Source: a virus (Duplodnaviria > Caudoviricetes). Taken from it: 49,064 bases of DNA. Below, piece after piece: positions 1 to 7,151 of the stretch. The stretch is taken from positions 1 through 49,064 of the IMG/VR virus record IMGVR_UViG_3300012953_000047; one strand, given 5' to 3'. Made by a program: the position numbers and the translations under genes. Below the pieces are notes generated by a model. The model was not told the origin of the DNA and searched no databases. It saw only the letters and a list, made by a program, of their open reading frames with translations. Within the stretch, counting starts at the first letter, position 1. The number at the start of each line of letters is the position of its first letter.

Positions 1-139
1 AACCGCCACCAAATCGGGGATACCCATAAGATTTTACTTTACCTGATTTTTTTGGTTGGCACGATTTTGATTTACTATCAAAGTAATATCCTTTAGGGCA
101 TTTATTAGCCTCGTTAATAAATGTGTTCAGGGATTTCAT
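1..139 (-). CDS. Hypothetical protein (5' part, runs off the window); possible head internal protein
   Basis: Manual translation MKSLNTFINEANKCPKGYYFDSKSKSCQPKKSGKVKSYGYPRFGG...; its ATG overlaps the TGA of the upstream ORF (ATGA); not in the ORF track. Confidence 0.7.
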   Translation of the reverse strand, partial: MKSLNTFINEANKCPKGYYFDSKSKSCQPKKSGKVKSYGYPRFGGG

Positions 140-294
140 CTTTTGACAATCATTTCAAACCACTCATCACTCATGCCAGTGATAATGTAGTCAGCGGACT
201 CTTTGTCCTGGGCATAACCTTCTTGAATCAAATGCTCAACAACTAAATTATATCTTTCCAGAATTTCTCTGGTTTCTCTAGGTGTCTGTTTCAT
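136..294 (-). CDS. Small hypothetical phage protein (52 aa)
   Basis: Manual translation MKQTPRETREILERYNLVVEHLIQEGYAQDKESADYIITGMSDEWFEMIVKR; lies just downstream of a late promoter at 318-324. Confidence 0.75.
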   Translation of the reverse strand: MKQTPRETREILERYNLVVEHLIQEGYAQDKESADYIITGMSDEWFEMIVKR

Positions 295-317
295 TTTAGA
301 TACTTTATCCGTATTCT

Positions 318-324
318 TATTTAG
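318..324 (-). promoter_or_regulatory. T4-type late promoter (CTAAATA)
   Basis: Matches the gp55-type late promoter core, ~24 nt upstream of the ATG at 294. Confidence 0.7.
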
Positions 325-326
325 AT

Positions 327-353
327 AAAAAAAGGACCCCCTTGCGGGGGCCC
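327..353 (-). terminator. Rho-independent terminator downstream of g23
   Basis: GGGCCCCC-GCAA-GGGGGTCC stem with GNRA loop followed by T7. Confidence 0.9.
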
Positions 354-373
354 AGCACTTCCTTCACACGGAT
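327..373 (-). ncRNA. Candidate ~47-nt small RNA with an arm complementary to the Yfr1 motif
   Basis: Lies between a sigma70-like promoter (380-408) and the terminator; no ORF; carries GUGUGAAGGAAGU at 369-357. Confidence 0.45.
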
Positions 374-379
374 GTGAAG

Positions 380-408
380 ATTATATCACATGAGGTTCTT
401 AACAGCAA
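380..408 (-). promoter_or_regulatory. Sigma70-like promoter overlapping the g23 stop codon
   Basis: TTGCTG(408-403)-17 bp-TATAAT(385-380) with extended -10 TGn supplied by the TGA stop. Confidence 0.55.
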
Positions 409-1810
409 CACGTCTGTAGTAACGGTTCTGGTTGATGTTCAGAGCACCTGCACCTTGACTGGTTCCTTCTGCAAATGGGTTGGCGACGATCCCGTAACGG
501 GTCTTGAAGCCAATTTTTGGTTGGAAGGAGTTCTCACCAACGGCGCGAACCATTTGGAGAGGAACGTAAGGACAATAGAACAGACCAGCGTCATAAGGGG
601 AAGTACCCTTATAACCTACAACGTAATACTGGTTACCTGGGGTTGCGTTAGCAGAGGTCAGGTTTGCAGCATATGGGTCGATGTAGACGCGGAATTTGCC
701 CATCAGGGTTCCGGCGAAGGTGTTGCCGGTGTCATCAACGTTAAGGTTTGCGTTGAGTGCAGGGGTGTAATCGAGAACACCAGCCATGGTCAATGCAGAT
801 GCTACGTCTGCAGAGCACATGATGATGTTGCCCTTCCCGCGACGAGTTCTTTGTGCGATAGCGTTGGCATCGCGCTCGATCTGGAACAGGAGACCCTTGA
901 ACTTCTCAACACTCCAGCGACCGTTGGAGTCGATGTCGAGGTCGAATACACCAGCGGTAGCGGTGTTCTGAACAGCACCTTGCTCAGCAGTCTTGTAGAT
1001 GGTTCTGATGACTTCGCGGTTGATCTCAGCAAGAATCTCAGTAGAGAGAATGTTTGCGAGTTCCGCTTCAGCATTCAGACCATGGATTGCCTTAAGGTCT
1101 TGTGCGAGTTCTAAGGAGTACTCAGCCTTCAGTGCTCTAGACTTCGCAGTAACGGTGACTTTCTCGATTGAGAATGCCATCTGGTTGAAGGCATTGTTAC
1201 CAGTGCCATCAAGAGATTCTGCGTCGTCAGTACGCATGCCCTGACCAACTCTGTAGGCGAGGGAGGATGCGGAACCAACTGGGTTAAGTACAGATGGGTT
1301 AGTACCGGACTGTGCGGTAGTACCCATACCAGCGATAGGATCGGTCATTCCGTCTTCGCCGTTGGACGCCTTGTCGCGGCCGGAGAATGCGGAATCAACT
1401 TCGTTGTAGAATGCCTCGGTGCCAGACTGTGAAGTGTAGCGTGAGCGCATTGCAAAGATCAGTCCAGTAGGACCGGTCATTGGTTGAACGCCTGCGAGGT
1501 CATATGCGACCAGGTTAGGCATTGCGCGTCTGATCAGGGAGATCAGAACTGGATCGAAACCAGCGGTCGGGCCGGTTGCGGTTGCGCCAGCAGAGAAACC
1601 TGCATTAGCACCAGTCTGGGTGTTAACGTTAGGTTGCTCAGTCAGGAAGGATCCTGAATCGGAGAAAGCACTTTGCTCTCTTAAAAACTTTTCTTGGTTT
1701 TCAAGCAGGGTAGCGGTGACGGCTCTCTTATGGGAATCTTCGATTGAACCAAGACCCTCATAATTGAGGAGAGGTGCCCACTTTTCCTGCAATTGCTCTG
1801 AATTGAACAT
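386..1810 (-). CDS. g23: Major capsid protein gp23
   Basis: T4-like MCP motifs: KWAPLL, LISLIRRAMPNL, GVQPMTGPTGLIFAMR, SRALKAEYSLELAQDLKAIHGL, GLFYCPYVPL, YYRRVAV. Confidence 0.99.
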   Translation of the reverse strand: MFNSEQLQEKWAPLLNYEGLGSIEDSHKRAVTATLLENQEKFLREQSAFSDSGSFLTEQPNVNTQTGANAGFSAGATATGPTAGFDPVLISLIRRAMPNLVAYDLAGVQPMTGPTGLIFAMRSRYTSQSGTEAFYNEVDSAFSGRDKASNGEDGMTDPIAGMGTTAQSGTNPSVLNPVGSASSLAYRVGQGMRTDDAESLDGTGNNAFNQMAFSIEKVTVTAKSRALKAEYSLELAQDLKAIHGLNAEAELANILSTEILAEINREVIRTIYKTAEQGAVQNTATAGVFDLDIDSNGRWSVEKFKGLLFQIERDANAIAQRTRRGKGNIIMCSADVASALTMAGVLDYTPALNANLNVDDTGNTFAGTLMGKFRVYIDPYAANLTSANATPGNQYYVVGYKGTSPYDAGLFYCPYVPLQMVRAVGENSFQPKIGFKTRYGIVANPFAEGTSQGAGALNINQNRYYRRVAVKNLM

Positions 1811-1861
1811 TGCGGTTTTACCTAATTTAAATGTTTACGTTTGATTTAATATTGAAATCAG

Positions 1862-2995
1862 TTATTTGCTAAATGATGAAAGAGTTTTCAGGTATGCAGC
1901 CATCGAACCATTAATGGTTTCGGGTGAACTGTCAACACCCTCAGAAAGATTCTCTTTCTTAGCTGAAGGAGAAACTGCTTTTGAAGGGAAATAAGATTCC
2001 TTCAAAGTCTCCAGTTTTTCACGATATTGATTTTCACTTTCAAACTCCACACTTTCGGCAAGTGAGGCGAGCTTCTCTTTCTGTGTCTGTGCAAGACCTT
2101 CAGAGACTTGATCTACGATTCCATCAGCAACCGACTCTGCGAGACGCTTGTTAAGGGAAACATTTTTCTCAATTTGCTCGTTGAGTTTTGTTTCCATGTC
2201 ATCTAGTTTTTCTACCATGCTCTCAAGTACATCATACTTTTCTTCAGGGATTGATACATAATGTTCTTCAAAAAGACTCTTCATTCCAGTGAGGAACGAT
2301 TCGGTCATCTCACTCTTGAGTCCTGCTTCAACTGCGAGTTGGTTCTCAGTGTACCACTCTTCAGCAACGTACTCAAGGTAAGAATCGACACGCTCATTTA
2401 ATTCCTTCTTAATGTCCTCAACTTCTTCAGCGAGAACTTCGGAATAGCGTGCTTCCAGGGCTTCTTTGACTTCAGCAACCTTTGCAGTAATTGCTGTTTC
2501 AAAGATAGTGCGTGCTTTCTCCTGGAACTCTTCAGAGAGTTCTTCGCCTTGGAGAAGAGCATTAACATCTTCTTCGATGTCATACTCAGCGACGACTTCT
2601 TCTTCGACTGTTTCTTCTTCAGTAGTCTCTTCTTCAGCAACTACTTCTTCTTCTGCAGTCTCTTCTTCGGCAACCACCTCATCGGTGACTTCCTGATCTT
2701 CTTCGACAACGGCTTCGGTATCGAGTTCTTCTTCCTCTTTCATACCTTTTGCTGCTTCAGCAGCTTTAGCGCCCTTATTTACTACGTCTTTGACTTGCTT
2801 TAAAGATCCACTTGGGGTCTTTAACTTTGCAGAGTCATCATCAGGCTTATAGTTATCGGGGGTAGGACCACCGAGATCTTCATAAGAACCTGCTACTGAC
2901 GTATCCATAGCGTCCGCTGCTCCCGCTTTAGCATTTACAGCGGTCTTGGATTGCTTTGTGCCTACTTCCATTTCTTGTAAATCTCCACGAGACAT
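1862..2995 (-). CDS. g22: Prohead core/scaffolding protein gp22
   Basis: Acidic coiled coil with LSEEFQEKARTIFETA, VDSYLEYVAEEW, FLTGMKSLFEEHY; sits between g21 and g23. Confidence 0.95.
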   Translation of the reverse strand: MSRGDLQEMEVGTKQSKTAVNAKAGAADAMDTSVAGSYEDLGGPTPDNYKPDDDSAKLKTPSGSLKQVKDVVNKGAKAAEAAKGMKEEEELDTEAVVEEDQEVTDEVVAEEETAEEEVVAEEETTEEETVEEEVVAEYDIEEDVNALLQGEELSEEFQEKARTIFETAITAKVAEVKEALEARYSEVLAEEVEDIKKELNERVDSYLEYVAEEWYTENQLAVEAGLKSEMTESFLTGMKSLFEEHYVSIPEEKYDVLESMVEKLDDMETKLNEQIEKNVSLNKRLAESVADGIVDQVSEGLAQTQKEKLASLAESVEFESENQYREKLETLKESYFPSKAVSPSAKKENLSEGVDSSPETINGSMAAYLKTLSSFSK

Positions 2996-3033
2996 TTGAA
3001 CTCTCCGAACCTTGTACGAATTTAATCTATATT

Positions 3034-3041
3034 TATTTATA
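3034..3041 (-). promoter_or_regulatory. T4-type late promoter (TATAAATA)
   Basis: Exact T4 late consensus upstream of g22. Confidence 0.85.
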
Positions 3042-3076
3042 AATTAAAATATTTTATATGTAAGCGGTGATACTGC

Positions 3077-3728
3077 TTACAGTGAATTTAAGAAATCATT
3101 GAATAGATTTAACTTATGTTCTTCTAAACGTCTTTGGTCAACCAAAGTGTTTATTTTTTCTTTGAGTGCTTTCCGCGAGTTTTTCACGGAGGATGCCACC
3201 ATCCCAAATCCACTCTTTCCCTTCCATGATGCCCTGAACAAAAGCATCAGGTGCAGACGGATCTGCAACGATGTCAGCAGCAGTTGCCAACATGAAATCT
3301 TCACCGACTTCCATAACTCCCGCTTTATTCTGGGAGATTGAACCAATGCCACGAGAGGAAACGCCAAGAGTAACACCTTCCTTTAAAAGTGACTCTGCAA
3401 TCTTACCCATTGGGGTAGAAAGAATTTGTGCTTTTCCAATAAAGTTATTACCTTCTTGACGAAGAGAAGTAATCTTATGTGAAACTCTGTCGAGATTAAC
3501 AGTAGGACCATCGGGGTGACCCAATTCCCCAAGGGCACGACCTTTAGAAATATAACTCTCAGTATATCTCGCAACTTCCTTTTGCATCGTTGGAAGACGA
3601 TACATTCTTTGGTTACGGTTCACCTTTTCAGTTTGCAGGAAAGGACCCTCAATATAGAGTCTCTTTGCTGCACCCTTACCTTCGGTGATAACTTTTACTG
3701 ATTCAATTTCTTCTCTAATGAGTTTCAT
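3077..3728 (-). CDS. g21: Prohead protease gp21; +1 frameshift in an A6 run at 3154-3159 (in-frame stop at 3138)
   Basis: LYIEGPFLQ, NRNQRMY, ALGELGHP, SH, LGVSSRG, ADIVADPSAPDAFV motifs; the expected C-terminus INTLVDQRRLEEHKLNLFNDFLNSL is in the next frame ending at 3077. Confidence 0.93.
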
Positions 3729-3733
3729 TTGCC

Positions 3734-4297
3734 TTACGTGTTTTGAATTTGTTGGAAATAAAGTGCTCCGCCGCCACCTGCATCAGCCTTACCTTGAAGA
3801 ACTGAAATTCTTTGAGTTGCAAATACAGATGCTCCAGAGTTTGCAGCAAATGCAGTACTGATACCAGCAGTATTAGCTTCAACCGTTACTGAGGATTGGA
3901 AGTTTCCACCAATATCAGAGGTTGTATTTACAGCAGTGACTTGCGTATTAGAGATCAGGGTATTATAGTTGGAGTCATTTGCATTAACCATGGTAATTCT
4001 GTCACCAACACCGAAAGGCATTTGAGTTCCTTCGGGTGCAGTAATAACAGTGGTTGTTCCTTTCGTAACGCTAGCAACTACTTGAGATGCTTTGGTCATT
4101 GCAAGAGTTTCGGGTTCGCCTGTAGCAACATAAAAATTGGCATCTGTTGCTACTGGATCAGTTCCAATTGCAACGTGACAACCCTTTCCTTTTGCAACAA
4201 CACGCAGTGCATTACTCTGCACTCTAAAAGCAGAGGACGTTGTTGCGGTTCCAGCGATATTAACAGAAGCTCCTGCTCCTACTGGTCTTAAAGTCAT
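3734..4297 (-). CDS. Conserved hypothetical, probable virion protein (187 aa)
   Basis: Beta-rich A/T/S/G-rich ORF between g67-like and g21, behind a late promoter. Confidence 0.8.
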   Translation of the reverse strand: MTLRPVGAGASVNIAGTATTSSAFRVQSNALRVVAKGKGCHVAIGTDPVATDANFYVATGEPETLAMTKASQVVASVTKGTTTVITAPEGTQMPFGVGDRITMVNANDSNYNTLISNTQVTAVNTTSDIGGNFQSSVTVEANTAGISTAFAANSGASVFATQRISVLQGKADAGGGGALYFQQIQNT

Positions 4298-4321
4298 TGA
4301 TATACTCGGGTCATTTATTTT

Positions 4322-4329
4322 TATTTATA
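4322..4329 (-). promoter_or_regulatory. T4-type late promoter (TATAAATA)
   Basis: Exact consensus upstream of the ORF starting at 4297. Confidence 0.85.
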
Positions 4330-4330
4330 A

Positions 4331-4498
4331 TTACTCTTCCGAGTCAACTTCGACTTCGGCATCAAACATTGAAGTTGCTACCTGCGGCCTTTGGTTTTCT
4401 ACTTTTTCAGCAGCTTTTGTATAAAGAACTTCTTTAATTTTATCGCTGATCCCTGCTGGTGATTCATCAGCAACAATCATATCCATTAAATCATCCAT
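4331..4498 (-). CDS. Small acidic prohead core protein, gp67-like (55 aa)
   Basis: Manual translation MDDLMDMIVADESPAGISDKIKEVLYTKAAEKVENQRPQVATSMFDAEVEVDSEE; position after g20 and acidic tail fit gp67; missing from the ORF track. Confidence 0.75.
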   Translation of the reverse strand: MDDLMDMIVADESPAGISDKIKEVLYTKAAEKVENQRPQVATSMFDAEVEVDSEE

Positions 4499-4529
4499 GA
4501 AAATATGTTATAAGAGTAACATCAGATAA

Positions 4530-4537
4530 TATTTATA
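4530..4537 (-). promoter_or_regulatory. T4-type late promoter (TATAAATA)
   Basis: Exact consensus upstream of the ORF starting at 4498. Confidence 0.85.
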
Positions 4538-4542
4538 AACTA

Positions 4543-4773
4543 TTAATTTCCCTCATGAAAATCGTGCTCCATAATCATTGCATAAGTTTTATATTTTAAT
4601 GACATCAAATATTCTTGCTCCTCTGGAGGTCGGGCAGGAGAACCTGGCCAAGTTTCAACTGAATAGCAAATATGAGCGTAAAACATGCGAAGTTCATCGA
4701 TTCCCATGTTTAATTGAACATACCAATCAGTGCTCCAACGTTCGTTATCTTCAAATTCGTATTCATCATACAT
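4543..4773 (-). CDS. Hypothetical protein (76 aa)
   Basis: Fills the gap between g20 and g67-like; contains WPGSPARPPEEQEYL. Confidence 0.75.
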   Translation of the reverse strand: MYDEYEFEDNERWSTDWYVQLNMGIDELRMFYAHICYSVETWPGSPARPPEEQEYLMSLKYKTYAMIMEHDFHEGN

Positions 4774-4828
4774 TATAGATTACCACTAATAAATGAATTA
4801 TCAATGAATCTAGTAGTTTCAGTCAAAA

Positions 4829-6496
4829 TTAGATTTCTCCTCCTTTTGGTAATTCTGGTGCTTCGGTTGGGGAACCATCAATCTCAGGTTCCATTTGCGG
4901 CTTTCCCAAATCATTGCCTGCTTCAGACTCCGGTGCAAAAGGCAATCCAGTTGTAGGATCAATGGTTGCAGGATCAGGAATTGTGCCGTCCTTAATTTCT
5001 TTTTTGATAAGTCTGTCTTGCTCAAGGATCTCTTCATCCGTTTGACGCAAGATCTTACGACGGACATAATCTTGTGAGAAGTATTTTCCAATATAAGGTT
5101 CTGCTGTTTGAAGGCTACCCAGTCTTTCGTTCAGTAGTTCAGACTCCTTAAGTTCGGAGAAGTGATTGTCATAGAGGAAATCATACTGAATGTGCTCACT
5201 CATTGTTTCCCAATCATCGGGAGTAATTACATTCTTTAGAATTAATTGAGTCTTCAGCATGTCATTAAACATGTTGGAGAATCTTTTTCTCAAACGACCC
5301 ACAAACTTAGTGAATTTGAGTTCGTCTCTCAGGATTTCAGAAGATCTCCCCAAGTTAAACCCACCTTCTCCATCCATTCTCGATGGAGGGACGTTAAGCG
5401 AACGGTAGAGTTTCTTTTTAAAATACTCAATATCAGTGATTTCACCCAAGTTTTGTCCGCCAGGGAGAGTGGAGATTTCAGTTCCTCTTCCACCCTCACG
5501 CCTGGGAAGCCAGAAGTCTTCGAGCATTGCCATGTACTTTTTGTCATCACGAATTTCTCCGGTGTTTGCATCGTATACAAGTTTGTTGCGATAACGCATC
5601 ATCACATCACGCAGATATTGTTCTGCTTTGACTTTTGGAAGATTACCAACGTCAATGTAGAAAATTCTACGTTCAGGAGCACGGGACAATCTATAGATGA
5701 CCAGTGAATCCTCAATCATTCTAAGTTGGTTGATGGATTTAATGGCCTTATGAAGATACGAAAGAACCGTTCCTTTGTTACGGTCTACGAGACCTGATGT
5801 ACAATACGTGATCGCATCCTTTGCAATCTTGATTCCCTGCTCAGAACCTTGCGATGCAATGGTGGAAGTTGGATATGAAAGTTTTGGATTATACATGTAA
5901 TACTCATCAATTTCTGGAAACTGATAAGCCATTGGATCTTCTTCCAATCTAAAGACACTAGGTCTCTCTTTATTTGGATCTCTTTTCTTTTGAACTCTGA
6001 TATGACGCATCTTCATTGCATCAATATATCTAAGTTCTTTAATACCTTCTTCAGGTTTTTTGAAGTCGATTACTTTATGGTAGTAAATACGACCATCAAT
6101 GTACCAGTTTCTATAGATCTCGTGAGCCTTTTTATCAAAATCCAATAAATCTAAAATGTGCTTAAACTCACTACGAATATTATTTTTTATACCATCACTA
6201 GCATTTAAATTATCAAGATCAATCTCAATGGGACTATCGTTTGAATCGGAAACAATAGCTTCATTAACAATATCTTCAATAGCACTATCCGTTTCTGGAT
6301 GAAGGGCCATTTCACGATATCTTTTAATTAAATCAGTTTCGGTTTTATATACACCCTCAATATCCAGATGCGTACCAAAAAAACCACTACTCATGTAGTG
6401 CGATACCCCGTCCTCATCGTTAGGAGCGACGGGGGAAACCGCAGTCTTTGATAGTGGTTCATTGTCCTCTATCGAGAACCCAAATAATTTGGACAT
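4829..6496 (-). CDS. g20: Portal vertex protein gp20
   Basis: YREMALHPE, WYIDGRIYYHKVID, NQLRMIEDSLVIYRLSRAPERRIFYIDVGNLP, EDFWLPRREGGRGTEI. Confidence 0.99.
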   Translation of the reverse strand: MSKLFGFSIEDNEPLSKTAVSPVAPNDEDGVSHYMSSGFFGTHLDIEGVYKTETDLIKRYREMALHPETDSAIEDIVNEAIVSDSNDSPIEIDLDNLNASDGIKNNIRSEFKHILDLLDFDKKAHEIYRNWYIDGRIYYHKVIDFKKPEEGIKELRYIDAMKMRHIRVQKKRDPNKERPSVFRLEEDPMAYQFPEIDEYYMYNPKLSYPTSTIASQGSEQGIKIAKDAITYCTSGLVDRNKGTVLSYLHKAIKSINQLRMIEDSLVIYRLSRAPERRIFYIDVGNLPKVKAEQYLRDVMMRYRNKLVYDANTGEIRDDKKYMAMLEDFWLPRREGGRGTEISTLPGGQNLGEITDIEYFKKKLYRSLNVPPSRMDGEGGFNLGRSSEILRDELKFTKFVGRLRKRFSNMFNDMLKTQLILKNVITPDDWETMSEHIQYDFLYDNHFSELKESELLNERLGSLQTAEPYIGKYFSQDYVRRKILRQTDEEILEQDRLIKKEIKDGTIPDPATIDPTTGLPFAPESEAGNDLGKPQMEPEIDGSPTEAPELPKGGEI

Positions 6497-6517
6497 AATT
6501 AACGGTTAACTTTTAGT

Positions 6518-6524
6518 TATTTAT
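6518..6524 (-). promoter_or_regulatory. T4-type late promoter (ATAAATA) abutting the g19 stop
   Basis: TGATAAATA upstream of g20. Confidence 0.75.
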
Positions 6525-7114
6525 CAACCGTTAGGACCGCCAGCTTTTGAAAGCGTGAATGACTGTACCTGGAAGGTAACAGTAAACTCTTCAATAGTGT
6601 CACTGCTATCATATGAAAGATCGATCTGAGAAACTTCCGTTGGGAAGATATCGATGAATTCATACTCAGCAAGAACTACATTGGAATCGCCTGCATTATT
6701 TTTGCTGCTTGCAACAGAACCTCTGCCAAGTTGGAATACAGTCGCATTGGTCATGTATGCAGCAGGGTCAGTTGCTCCTAAGTTGTTTTCCAACTTAGCA
6801 ATTTCATTCATCCACTCTTCCATCGCTGTTCTGAGAGCAAAACCTTCATCATTGATGATGGTAATGGTCCAGGTGTCGATGGTTCTATCTCCAGCAACTT
6901 TAAAAATACGACCTCTGAAAGGAACATCGACATTAGCGATGTTTGAGGCAGGCAGGTTTGCTGCCTTACACATAAATCTAAAGTTTTCTGCATCCCAAGC
7001 AATACCTGCTGGGAGAGTTGTTAATTCTACCTCAAATAGATTGGGGCGTGCGCCGCCCCCAATGAGTGCAGATTTAAATTGAGAAATTGACTTGTTTTCT
7101 CTAGATGTTGCCAT
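6524..7114 (-). CDS. g19: Tail tube protein gp19
   Basis: GGGARPNLFEV, FMCKAANLP, VPFRGR..KVAGDRT..WTITIINDE, IFPTEVSQIDLSYD, IEEFTVTF. Confidence 0.97.
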   Translation of the reverse strand: MATSRENKSISQFKSALIGGGARPNLFEVELTTLPAGIAWDAENFRFMCKAANLPASNIANVDVPFRGRIFKVAGDRTIDTWTITIINDEGFALRTAMEEWMNEIAKLENNLGATDPAAYMTNATVFQLGRGSVASSKNNAGDSNVVLAEYEFIDIFPTEVSQIDLSYDSSDTIEEFTVTFQVQSFTLSKAGGPNG

Positions 7115-7133
7115 TTTTGTATCCTCCTAGTGT

Positions 7134-7140
7134 TATTTAG
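7134..7140 (-). promoter_or_regulatory. T4-type late promoter (CTAAATA)
   Basis: Upstream of the g19 SD (AGGAGG) and ATG. Confidence 0.75.
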
Positions 7141-7151
7141 ATTAATCTGGA

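Noticed and set aside
374-1114. 246-aa plus-strand ORF antisense to g23
   Set aside because: Shadow frame from the biased codon usage of g23; no recognisable domain or expression signals
3060-3080. Hairpin GTAAGCGGT-GAT-ACTGCTTAC after g21
   Set aside because: Has an A-C mismatch on the transcribed strand and no adjacent U-tract; not called as a terminator
3077-3376. 99-aa ORF as an independent gene
   Set aside because: Only its last ~26 codons are meaningful, as the displaced g21 C-terminus; the rest is an alternative frame of g21
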